Shown piece by piece: positions 1-12,171 of a DNA stretch of 64,000 bases (position 1 is its first letter; every line of letters starts with the position of its first letter). The notes under the pieces are model-generated. The model worked only from the letters and a program-made list of their open reading frames with translations. It was not told where the DNA came from and ran no database searches. The position numbers were made by a program, and so were the translations under genes. The stretch is from Octopus sinensis (taxonomy: Eukaryota), in assembly GCF_006345805.1 (NCBI RefSeq), contig NC_043012.1:25916001-25980000 (forward strand), read 5' to 3'.

Positions 1-1249
1 ATAAAATAGTGTATTGGGCATCCACATCAGTATTTTAAGGATCCCTAAAAAATTTCGCCTTAGGTGTATGTATTGGTATGTATTGCAAGAAGCAGCCAAG
101 TTTCTTTGTCTGAAGTTTTACGAAATTAAACTTACACAAGTTAATGTGTAAGAAACAAAATTGGTATTTTGAAAGAATTAACTATAAAACTAATTTTAAC
201 TATCGAATAATTATGAGGGTCCACCAGAAGGAAATAATAATCAAAGGGTCGTTTGGTTAAAAAATGTTTGACAGTTCCTTCTCTGAAGTATAAGTATACT
301 GATTTTTAACCACTGCCAATATTGCTTATGTCAAAGAGAAATCTTAAAATATATATGTTTCTAGATACACTTAGATTTATATGTGTAAGTGTACGATCTT
401 GTGTGGGTATGTGTGCGTGTGTACCCTGAACAGACAAAATATTTATAAATTTTTCATAAGCATACCTTTGGTTATGATCAAAATATCACAAATTATTTTA
501 AAGAAAATATGGAAATATTTCATGGGAGGCGAAGCTATTTCGCCGTTTCAAACTATTGCAGACATACTGTTACCAAATCTACATCCATCTTTTTTTAACC
601 GTCAACATTTAACTGAGTAATATCAAACAGAAATCCTGACTTCGTTTTTAGCATTCTGCATTCTTGTGAAAGACACAAATTGACGTTTTCAAGAATATAC
701 TTACATCAATGATTATTGGTAAAACTTTTTACAGAACCATATGCCACGCTAGAATTTTTTCTAGAAATTCAAATAAGAGCTAATGATTCCAATTCAAAGA
801 TAAGCTGATCTAATACCTTTAGAAGGTCATTTTCTTTTTTGTAAATTTTACAAATGCATTCATGATATTCCTTTAGTTGTTTTCTCAACATTCTAACTTT
901 TATTACGTAAACCTCCAACCAGTTGTGAGTGAATGAACCGCTACACCTCCCAGAGAAATTCCATTACAATTCTGGATTTCAGACCGGATCTGCGGTACAC
1001 ATTGCCAGTCGTTCATCATAGTGGAATCAAATACATGCCTAGCACCCAAACCAGTCTCAAATAAACAGATATCTTGTGTGTTAGGTACAAGCCTTTATTA
1101 CCTGACTCTAACTCCATGCGCGTGACTATCTACATTACTTCTCAACTGAGGCAAAACAGTTATTTTGTTAAAATTATATGCAAAAAAATTAACTTTCTAC
1201 AATACACAAATCGTTTAGGTATTTTAATACAATTCTTAATATTATTTAT

Positions 1250-1660
1250 TTTATTCTTTTACTTGTTTCAGTCATTTGACTGAGGCCACGCTATAGCACC
1301 GCCTGAAAGGGTGTTAGTTAAAGAAATGGTCCCAAGGAATTATTCTTTGTAAGCCTGATACTTATTCTATCGGTCTTATTAGCCGAACCGCTATGTTACG
1401 GGGACATAAACACACCAGCATCGGTTGAGAAACGACAGCAGGGAGACAAACACAAACATACACACGCAAACATATACACACACACTTATATATATATGCA
1501 TATATACGACAGGCTTCTTTCAGTTTCGGTCAACCAAATCCACTCACAAGTCCTTGGTTGGTTCGAGGCTATAGTAGAAGACACTTGCCAAGGTGCCACG
1601 CAGTGGGACTGAACCTGGAACCATGTGGTTGGGAAGCAAGCTTCTTTAACACACAGCCAC
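1250..1660 (-). mobile_element. tRNA-derived SINE, family A, full length with internal (CA/TA) microsatellite
   Basis: Minus strand reads a tRNA-like head (GTGGCTGTGTG..GGTTCAGTCCC, A/B boxes), body CCTTGGCAAGTGTCTTCTACTATAGCC, a microsatellite, then tail CAGTCAAATGACTGAAACAAGTAAAAG. Same layout as 33484-33978. Confidence 0.9.
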
Positions 1661-2266
1661 AAAAATATAATTGGAATTTTTAAACATCTAATGCTTACGT
1701 GGTCACCCCTCTTGAGTAAAATTGAAATCAAAGCGGTCCATGGACAAAATATGGTTGAGAACCACAGTTCTAAGCACATGATTCTTCTTGTAAACCCAAT
1801 GAAATGTGCACCAAAACAAACGTACCTTGATTTACGGTGGTTTCCTATTTTCACTTATGAATACTGACATCGATTTCTGCAACTTAACCGGTCAAAACAG
1901 TGCTCCAGCCGGACTGCAGTACTGTGATTGAAATAGGCAGAACATTAAAAGTGTTATTCCATCTCATATTTAAACGACTTCGCCAGTTTAGCGCGTTCTT
2001 GTTTCTTCTTACAAATCGTTATATATATTATTGTCATTTGTAAAAGAATTTGTTCACGGCTTGAGTTTGAGATATTTTAACACGGAGAGATTATCAAGAA
2101 CGTTAGGGACGAGTATTCAGGTTGTTACGCTTTTTGCAACCGTAACTGCAGAACACAATGGAAGACAAACTCAAAATCGCTAAAATAAACTTCTTTGTTA
2201 TGCATAACGGAACAAAATCGAAGCCGGTTGAAATTTTAAAAATAATAATAATATAAAAATCTATGC

Positions 2267-3071
2267 ACTTAAACACCAATATTCTTTTCTCCTCTAGGCA
2301 CAACGCCCGAAATTTTGGGGAGGAAGCTAGTCGATTAGATCGACACCAGTACGCAACTGATTCTTAATTTATCGACCTCGAAAGAATGAAAAGCAAATTC
2401 GATCTCGGCGGAATTTGAACTCAGAACGCAAAGACGGACGAAATACGTATTTCTTTACTACCCACAAGGGGCTAAACACAGAGAGGACAAACAAGGATAG
2501 ACAAACGGATTAAGTCGATTATATCGACCCCAATGCGTAACTTGAACTTATTTAATCGATCCCGAAAGGATGAAAGGCAAAGTCGATCTTGGCGGAATTT
2601 GAAGAACGTAACGGCAGACGAAATGCGGCTACGCACTTCGCCCGGCGTGCTAACGTTTCTGCCAGCTCGCCGCTACTTAAGCACCAGTATTCTTTCCTAC
2701 TCTAGGCACAACACCCGAAAATTTTGGGGAGGGTCCAATCGATTAGATCGACACAAGTACGCAACTGGTACTTAATTTATTGACCCCGAAAGGATGAAAA
2801 ATAAAATCGACCTCGGCGGAATTTGAGCTCAGAACGTAAAGACAGACGAAATACCTATTTCTTTACTACCCACAAGGGGATAAACACAGTGAGCACAAAC
2901 AAGGACAGACAAACGGATTAAGTCGATTATATCGATCCCAGTGCGTAACTGGTACTTATTTAATCGTCCCCGAATGGATAAAAGGCAAAGTCGACTTCCG
3001 CGGAATTTGAACTCAGAACGTAACGGTAGACGAAATACCGTAAATCATTTCGCCCGGTGTGGTACTTAAGC
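2267..3071 (-). mobile_element. Tandem head-to-tail dimer of SINE family B
   Basis: Two ~400-bp copies. The first has the head GGCGAGCTGGCAGAAACGTTAGCACGCCGGG; the second head is truncated. Both have a GAGTTCAAATTCC-type B-box and a GCCTTTCATCCTTTCGGGGTCGAT-type core, duplicated internally. Confidence 0.9.
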
Positions 3072-3825
3072 CGCGATATTGAAGTAAGAAAGTTATCATT
3101 ATAAACCATAATAAAGAATGTTATATATTCGCTCTAAGGCCAGCAAGTTCAGGGTACAAAATTATCCCACTTCAGCGACTCCAGTACTCAAACGGTTATT
3201 TATTTTATCAAATCCGAAAGGATGGAAGGCTAGTTCACCTCGATGGAATACATACATACATGTGTGTGTTTGTTTTTGTGTGAGTGTGTGCGTGTGTGTG
3301 TGTGTGTGTTTGTGTCACTGTCTGCCTGTGTGTACTGTTGTATTTCCTGACGGTCATTTTTTTGGCCAAAGTTCCTCATTTTACCGAGAGAGGAAAGACA
3401 TCTTGCAAAGTATACTAAAGTGGGATTTGAATTCGGAAAGTTAATTCACAATGAAACAGAACTGAATACCACAATAATATACTTTATGCCCAACATTCCA
3501 CGCATTCAGATAATGTAACACTCGGTAAGATTAAATATCAGAAAAGATTTATTTAGTTGAGGTGAGAGACCAGTTATAACAACATATCATACTTTCAACA
3601 ATATTAATTTTCAATTAAAATTACAGTTGCAATTATACTGATTTTATTAGATTTTTAGCTCTCGTTTAACTACAAAAGGAGAATTAAATTACTAGCATGT
3701 AATTAAATAATTAGATGATAACCAGATCGTTGCTGTTGATATTAACCCAAATTTACACCGAAACGCCCTCTTGTATTTTGAGTAATTCAAAGACTTATAG
3801 CAACTGAACGAAAATATGTACGTCA

Positions 3826-3946
3826 GAATATATGAATATATATATGTATGTAGGTATATATATATATATTATAATATATATATATAGTATATATATATAT
3901 ATATTTATGTATGTATACATACATATAAATGTATATAAGTTTATAT

Positions 3947-4001
<55 letters not shown>

Positions 4002-4335
4002 GCAAACATACATATACATACACATGTAAGTACATTAACGTTATTTAGATATATTACGTAGAAAAAGTAAAAGTGGGGTGTGAGGAGAGAGAGAGAGAGA
4101 GAGAGAGAAAAAAAGAAAGAAAAAGAAAAAACAGAACAAAAAAGAAAGAGTGCGTGTGTGTGTGTGTGTCTGTGCTTTTATGAGTAAGCTTATCTCAAAT
4201 GTTTGCTTAGTGATATGCACACTATTGAACATTCGTATTAATATCTTTCACGCATATTTTCGAATATTTGAGGCATGTTATTACAAAATATAAAGTATTG
4301 CATGCGTATGCGTGTATATATATATGTATAATATA

Positions 4336-4377
<42 letters not shown>

Positions 4378-4610
4378 TTATGTATGTATATATGTTATCT
4401 ATATATATATATATTATATATATGTTATATGTGGTGTGTGTGTAATGTACATATATATATATATATAAAAATTTATATATACATATATATACATACATCA
4501 TACATACATACATACGTACATACCTACATATATATATAGGTTCACAGATAGATGTACAAAAATATATATAGACTTAACTATTTTCACACAAACACACACA
4601 TATATACATG

Positions 4611-4664
<54 letters not shown>

Positions 4665-4696
4665 TATATATATAAGAGAGAGAGAGAGAGAGAGAG

Positions 4697-4758
<62 letters not shown>

Positions 4759-4781
4759 GATAGATAGATAGATAGCTAGAT

Positions 4782-4814
<33 letters not shown>

Positions 4815-5543
4815 GCGAATTCATATATAATACATGCCTACGTACGTATTTGCCTATGTATGTATATATCTGTGTGCATGAATAATTAAAACGTGAAAGC
4901 GAAATATTGGTTAATAACAGTAAAGCAGAAAAAATAACTTTTGATATTAGCACTGATACCACCACTCTTATTCACAAACGCTGGTTTTGCCCATCCCAGA
5001 TGAGACGTGACCTGTTAAAAACCTTAACGTTAAACAAGAAACTATGACCGATACTTTCACTTCAAACACCTATAATTTCAGTTCAGTTTCTACCGAATGT
5101 TATCTGAATGGTAATTAAGGCGTATATCTTTGATTACATGCACTATTTAAATTATAACTGATAGACCAACCACACAGCTATGCACACGTACACGCATAAC
5201 TTATTAAAAATCTACGAACATAAATATACATATATATATACATGCATATGCATATATATATATATATGCATCTGTGTGCATATATACACACGGGTACATC
5301 TACACATGGATATATATATATATATATTAATATATATATATATGTATATGTGTGTGTGTGTGTGTGAGTGCGTGTGTGTATATATGTGTGCTTATATGTA
5401 TGTCTGTATCTATGTACATATATGCCAGCACATACGTTTCTACATTCCTATTTATATATGTGTGTATATACATATATGTTTGTGTGTGTGTGTGTGTATT
5501 TATGTGTATGTGTGTGTGTATGTGTGTGCGTGTATTTGTATTT

Positions 5544-5584
<41 letters not shown>

Positions 5585-5585
5585 T
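3826..5585. repeat. Compound microsatellite field (TA)n, (GA)n, (GATA)n, (TG)n
   Basis: Directly visible; explains the YI/CV/LS-rich ORFs here. Confidence 0.95.
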
Positions 5586-5759
5586 CAGATACAACTACAG
5601 GTTCCCAGATTTCTGTACTGCATTGCACAAAGCACGATTCGAACAATCTGCATATTATTATCTTTAGAGTTAATATATTTATTTTCAGAAATAATCTTTG
5701 TTTTCTCTTTTCATTATCGAGGAGCTGTAATCACTAACCATGCCCTTTAAAGGTCTCCA

Positions 5760-5965
5760 AGACTTTCAAAGTACGATTTCATCTCCAACTGGAAACCTGA
5801 TGTCAGAATTTTCTTTCCTGTTCAAAATAGTTCGGCCTTGTTGAACAGAATTATTTCAGAGATTTCCTGTCCTTGATGTTTGTCTTCACTTCCACTGGTG
5901 ACCACGATCTACTCTTGAATATATTCGACGGCTGTCGACTCTCCTGAATTCCTTCGGCCTTTTAT
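5760..5965 (-). pseudogene. Possible highly decayed mariner transposase N-terminal fragment
   Basis: Minus strand KRPKEFRR, then an RGRQSVE-like segment after frameshifts, resembling mariner WxKEFKRGRxSxEDxxRSGRP. Weak. Confidence 0.3.
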
Positions 5966-6436
5966 TTATAAATACATCTCCCGCACACACAGAGATATAT
6001 ATGCGTATAATGCAATACGTCTTTAGTTCAAATCTCATCAATGTCACATTTAAATTCCATTATACAGGCAGTATATGTCACAAGTTATGAGAGATTTATT
6101 CAAGAGATTTATTCTCATTAATATGATAAATAAAATATCTAAAAACACATACATAGAGAAGGGCGCAGGTGTTTTAATTTCGTAACGATTTTCACAAACT
6201 TCTGTTCATGTAGGTCAGATGATTTCGAAATACCAAGTATCCAAACACCATTTTGTCGTTTAGTGTAACTAAATTATAATTTATGCACTATTTGTTGATG
6301 CGTTGTGAAACTTAGATTGTATTATTATTGCCTCCTGACCTGCACAGAGTAATGGCAGAAAATTATAATATAATGAGTAAAGAATACAGTACGCCATTAA
6401 ATGTAGAAACAGAAAATTGGACAATGGTGATATATA

Positions 6437-6822
6437 GAGTATCTCACAGAGGTATTTAGGACTCTAAACATTTTCAGCAAAATTGCCATTACTATAGTAA
6501 TATTGAATGAAATGATACGAAATTTATACTAAATAAAATATATTATACATGCAAACATTATACAAGTTTGGAACACAAACAATAACCATTTTCAAAGATA
6601 TAAATGAAATATTAATTTTCAAACATACAAAAATATGTACACCCTAAAAGATTATTTTCTATATTCAATATTTAATGTGACCGCCCTTGCTTTCAGTTTG
6701 TTCATTGATGTGTGTTCAAAATTTGTATAATATTTGCATGTATAATATATTTTATTCAGTTTAAATTTCACCTGATTTCCTTTGAAAAGTTTTAGGGGTG
6801 TACATACTTTTGTGAGATACTG
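6437..6822. mobile_element. Non-autonomous Tc1-type element (IR/DR structure), TA TSD
   Basis: Left end TA|GAGTATCTCACAGAGG; right end reverse complement TA|CAGTATCTCACAAAAGTATGTACACCCCT. Inner DR ACAAAAATATGTACACCCT near 6627. AATAAAATATATTATACATGCAAA is shared by both arms. Confidence 0.85.
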
Positions 6823-6847
6823 TATACATATATACGGATATGTATGC

Positions 6848-6891
<44 letters not shown>

Positions 6892-7189
6892 TCTCACACA
6901 GGCATTAATGCTTGTTTTATGTTCAGTTATAATAAAATCAATTTGACATTAATCTGAAAGAGTACTCCATACATTTGTAGAATATAAATGTATTATTATT
7001 TTACAAGTAGCGTATTGACAATGACTTCGAAGTTTCGGTCTGCTAATCCAAGTTCAGATTCTCTGTTGATAGCTTATCTGGCAGAGAGTGCTTGATACTA
7101 TTTTGGGGATTAAGATTATATTATTCGAGGGGATACCCAAATGAAACCTGAATTTTGTAACATTATTATTTTATTCACTTAGTTCTACC

Positions 7190-7397
7190 TTCTGTCAGTT
7201 TTTTTACTTTTGACTGCGGCCAAGCAGGAGCACAGCCCTTAGTCGAAAAAATCGATCGTAGAACTTATTCTATCGGTCGCTTTTGCCGAAGCGCCAGGTT
7301 GTGGGTACGTGAACACACCAACATCGGTTGTCAAGCGATAATGGGAGAGGGGACAAACACAGACGCATACTCAAATGTACGTATACACACATATATA

Positions 7398-7442
<45 letters not shown>

Positions 7443-7464
7443 ATTATATATAAAGACCCCCATC

Positions 7465-7518
<54 letters not shown>

Positions 7519-7662
7519 AAAGTTTACGAAGACAGGTGGTGTACAAAACAACCAGATGTATTAATATAACGCTCAGGAACAGAAAAAAGTATTTTACGCT
7601 TCGAGCCTATATATATATATATGACTGGCTTCTCTCAGTTTCCGTCTACCAAATCCACTCAC
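7190..7662 (-). mobile_element. SINE family A, head truncated, PLE tail nested in its microsatellite
   Basis: Tail and body match family A; 7621-7662 is the body segment just 3' of the head. Confidence 0.85.
7515..7608 (-). mobile_element. Penelope-like 3' terminal fragment within (TA)n
   Basis: Minus strand TAGGCTCGAAGCGTAAAA..CTGAGCGTTATATTAATACATC..CACCTGTCTTCGT is homologous to 14107-14190. Confidence 0.7.
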
Positions 7663-8162
7663 TTCTATTGCCTTCAGAGTATTCTCCAACTCATCGGTCC
7701 AGAACCGTTTCCTACTATTTTAAGCAACCTTGGAGCATTTGCGAAAGGAGGTCTTTTAACGCCTCTGTCGTTATTTATTCACCTCTTCCACATCTTCAAA
7801 TCCGTAATACCAGCTTTCGTCACCAGTCATTAACTTCGAAAATGGTCCGGTTCAACTTCCAATTGTTCTTTCAGTTCAAGAGACGACTTCAGTTATGACT
7901 GCTTTCGATTTTCCGCGTGCGAGTGAGCCACAAATGTTGCTGCATCTCTTTTCCGCGCTCAGAGTTCGTCTGCAGAACTCCAAAACATACCCGTCACATC
8001 GACAAGTCCGTCAACTATTAGGCGACGATCCCCCACAATCAGTTAATAAAAATTCGTGATATTTTCATTGATTCTAAAGGTCGGTGGTCACACCGAACGA
8101 GGGTGTTCTTCAAGCAAACAGCGACCATTCCTAAAGCATGTAAACCACTCGTAAACTTTTGC
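7663..8162 (-). pseudogene. mariner transposase relic, internally deleted
   Basis: Minus strand KVYEWFTCFRNGR..EHPRS..IVGDRRL..AATFV..LELKEQLE..MTGDESWYYGF, joined to C-terminal TTEALK..GEYSEG, with stops and frameshifts. Confidence 0.9.
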
Positions 8163-8499
8163 TCATGGCAATATATATGTATATGTTTATATTTATATAC
8201 ACACACACACACACATATATATGTGTGTTTCTGTGTGTTCGCGTATGTGTGTGTAAGTGTGTGTGTTTTATATATAATATATAAACCGTAAATACAACCC
8301 AGTGTGTTTCCAGGTGTGACGAAATTATGGAGGAACGGCAGAAGCAGGCTTTATTACAGCTGTTTCACTAGCATATTATTGATGCATTCTTAGATGATAC
8401 TATAGGATAACTCCACCAACATTAAGTGAAATATTAAGCCCGTATCAAAGGCAATGTAAAACTACATGACCTATCGTCATCTCACACGATGACAAAGTG

Positions 8500-8555
<56 letters not shown>

Positions 8556-8875
8556 AGCCATTGATTTTGTAAACTAAAATAAATAAGTAAACGGATATTC
8601 TCAGAGCTATGTGGTCAAATCTCTCAAAGTTCTCAAGCTGCTATCTTATTTAGTTTATGTCTGTGAGCCCGTGTAAAAAAGCAGCAGTTATTCAAAGGAC
8701 ATCCATGACGGATATTGAGATAAGAGCTCAGACATCGGAATCGGATTATAGAGAATGACGTCATCCGCCGAGCGAACGCTTAAACACACACACCCGTATA
8801 TATAAACGTATATATTAGTTTATAATTTCTCACAAGTATACACTATACATATACTCGCACGCACCCAGTCATATT

Positions 8876-8916
<41 letters not shown>

Positions 8917-8971
8917 ATACACATAATATATACATACATATATATATATATGTATATACATATATATAAAC

Positions 8972-9025
<54 letters not shown>

Positions 9026-9035
9026 TATAAACATC

Positions 9036-9066
<31 letters not shown>

Positions 9067-9289
9067 CATATATAATAAATATATATATATTTACGCGTAC
9101 ATGAATAGCGTCAGTTTATATCTTTCTACACCGAAGTCAGATGTCTTATCTTTATCATCCTAGATGACCATGGTGGTTAAACATGCTTGCTTTTCACAGT
9201 TGGTGAAGATGGTGGATTCTCAATTAAATGCTACCGAAACAGCTGTAGTAAAATGAACACCACAAGTGTGTCCTTTTGTTTACATAGTA

Positions 9290-10368
9290 CTGGGTGGAGC
9301 AGAGCGGACGGACATTTTTGAAAAACTTTAGGAAATCATTAACTTTAGCTTCAAACAAACTTTATTGACATCAATATGTTTGTATTGAATTAGCAAGTAT
9401 GGAAAAAAACAACCATCATGTGGTGTCCGTTTTGATAGATGCACTTTTGAAGGCGTTCTTGGAAGTTGGCCTCCATTCTCCAGCTTTGCTCTGTCGATTT
9501 GATCTAACTTCTACGCGAATACCTTCCTTCAAATCGTCCATAGTACCAGGCTTCTGCGCATTCACACAAGCCTTGAGGTTTCTATACAAGAAATAGTCAC
9601 ACAGACAAATCATGGGAGCGAGGGTCCAATGAATGTCAACAAACCTTGAAATGAGACGGTCACCGAAGAGAGAGCGAAGAATATCCATTGATGCTCTGGC
9701 TGCGTGGGTCGTAGCCCCATTCTGTTGAAACTACACACGGCGAATAGGCATATGTTTTCGTCGTAATTCAAGCAATAGGATGTTTATCATCTCGATGAAA
9801 CACTTGAGTTTCACAGTAACAGCATTTCCATTTTTATCTTCAAATAGTAAGGACCAATGACGGCAGCTTTTGCAAAAGCAGACCAGACCAACACTTTTTG
9901 GCTGTGCTGTGGTCTTTCGTGCAGTTCTCTCGGATCTTCAAGCGCTCAGCGACAATTCTGTTGATTCACCATTCCATTGAGATGAAATTGAGCTTCGTTA
10001 CTCATTAACAAAATGCGGTTGTCTCAAAAATTGCTTCTATCTGACCTGCCAATAATGTACTTCGTGTACAAAGTGCATTCATCCAACCTAAGATTGTGTT
10101 AATTGTGTTACAGGTGGGAACAGCTTGATCTCGGTGAATGTTAAAGTGGCGGCGAAACTCACGCTGAACTGCTGAGACAGATTAGTAACTCATCACGTAA
10201 CTCTCGTAGGCAAACACGCGATGATCTCTCCTCCATAGAGCCATAGTTTCATCTGAAAAATATTGCTAAGACACCACTGTCCGAATAATACCTGTCGGAC
10301 ATGTGTCCCACCCATTTGGCCTGAGTAATAGCCATTTCAAACACATCCGTTCTCTCTGCTCCAGCCTG
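9290..10368 (-). mobile_element. Tc1/mariner element, rosa-like (DD41D spacing), decayed
   Basis: TIRs CTGGGTGGAGCAGAGCGGACGG / CAGGCTGGAGCAGAGAGAACGG with TA on both sides. Translation MSNEAQFHLNGMVNQQNCR..KVLVW..VIGPY..FQQNGAT..FGDRLISR..W(PPRS)..CDYFL; 41 residues separate the 2nd and 3rd catalytic positions after frameshift repair. Confidence 0.9.
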
Positions 10369-10614
10369 TATATTATATTTATAACTGTATTTAAGGAGTT
10401 TGACCTTTGAATGAAAGGTTAACAATCTATGTTTCAGCGAATAACATCTGTATGTTATATGGTTGGGGAGAATTCACGTCACTCAATGAAGCCACATTGG
10501 GAAAATTTTGATGTCAAATATCCATGTAATGTATAACATAAAATACACATTTAATCTTTTGGAGTGTGTTGTTTCTGTTTCATACTTTATATAACAACCA
10601 TATATATATATATA

Positions 10615-11003
10615 CTAGCAGTATCGCCCGGGGTTGCTCGGGTTTGTAAGGGAAATAACTATAAAGCATTTTTAGAGAGTTATAGCAAAAAAATAGCGAA
10701 ACAATGCATTAAAAATGGAAAAAAAAATGATGGTAATTTTTTTAAAATCGTTGACACATCGTAGACATTTTTAGAGAGTTACTTCCCTTATATAATAGCG
10801 AAAAAAATGCATTAAAATGGAAAAAAATGATGGCAAATTATTTTTAAAATCGTAGACGTGCGCTAATACCCAGAAGGGCTCGATATGAATCACGACTATA
10901 AGATGCCCGGTTTTGGTTAAACTGCACCGCAAAATGTGGGAGTAGTTAGGAATCTAAATCGTAGGAGACAGACACTCACACAAATTCACTTTTATATATA
11001 AAG

Positions 11004-11004
<1 letters not shown>
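10615..11004 (-). mobile_element. Non-autonomous Helitron
   Basis: Minus strand A|TCTTTATATATAAAAG ... CCCGAGCAACCCCGGG hairpin ... CTAG|T: canonical TC start, subterminal hairpin, CTAG end, A-T target. Confidence 0.9.
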
Positions 11005-11042
<38 letters not shown>

Positions 11043-11079
11043 ATACTATATATACATACGTGTATATATATGCTTAGTT

Positions 11080-11325
11080 TTAGTCTTACATCCTCCTCCG
11101 CGCTGTGTGGCGAACACAAGGCTTCTCCTGTGTGGTCGGTCGGCCGCGGTGATTTCAGCTTTGTCCCGTGAAAGGTCTATGGTTTTGAGGTCATCGATGA
11201 AGGTGCGGCGACAGGTTGATTTTGGTCTCCCTTATTTTCTCTTGCCATCCGTTGGCTTATACAGAATGGCGGATTTCACGTGCAGCAACGATGGAAATCG
11301 GAAGACATGGCCTACGAATCGCAAG
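11080..11325 (-). mobile_element. RTE-clade LINE 3' end
   Basis: LRFVGHVFR..LYKPTDGKRK*GRPKSTCRRTFIDDLK..AADR matches the RTE RT C-terminal WxGHVxR..GKRxRGRPK motif. Confidence 0.8.
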
Positions 11326-11365
11326 TGTATGCATATATCAGGCTCTCATTGTATGCATATATCAG

Positions 11366-11399
<34 letters not shown>

Positions 11400-12171
11400 G
11401 TACTTTATGAAAAGCAGCAAAAATATCACATATATACATATACACGCATACATTTATATGCACATATACACTTACACACGCGCGTGCATACACACACACA
11501 CATACAAACACTCTGAGAACTGACCGAGCCTTTTATTCCTTGTTACTTACGATTCACTGCTGACATTATGAATGGAATTAAACTGTCCAGATATTGACAA
11601 AAAAAAAAAAAAAAGAGAACTGGCATGTTCAATTCCAATCGTTAGTCTTGATCCGTTAATATACAAATAATCAGTTTTCTTGTCGGTTTGTCAAGATGGA
11701 GCAGCTATTAAACCGTCAGTGAATGTCAGGTTTGAAGTAATTTTTTAGTCATAAAAAAATCGCTACAGCCGTGGCAAATATCAATGGAACGCTATCAGAA
11801 TCAGTGTACATTTAGAATTCTTTGTGAGCGTTTCTTGATGTCAATATTGGTTACACAGAGTACAAGTGGAATATTCTAAGAGGCTTTTGTTCCTCGCCTG
11901 AAAGTGAATATAATTTCGAATTTATGGTTCAAAATTTGGTGCGGATTTTCAGATTTCTCGAATAGTATAACTATATTCTAGAAAATATCAGACAGAAGAA
12001 CTCTATATGACGCTTTAGTTTGGTAATAAGTTATCTATTCTCTTCTAGCATGTATCAGGTTGCAGTGTCTCTTAACCAAGCAACCTAACCCGAACACTTT
12101 GATTTTTGCTCAACATACCCCCCATGAATGATTAGACAAACGGTAGTTATAACGCCATATATATACATATA

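Noticed and set aside
1725-1775. GCGGTCCATGG..GGTTGAGAACCAC, resembling a hAT MITE end
   Set aside because: No matching second end or TSD found.
5180-5750. Long YI/CV-rich ORFs (also at 30.5, 32, 36, 49 and 52 kb)
   Set aside because: Translations of dinucleotide microsatellites.
8756-8763. Perfect CRE site TGACGTCA
   Set aside because: A single 8-mer with no promoter context.
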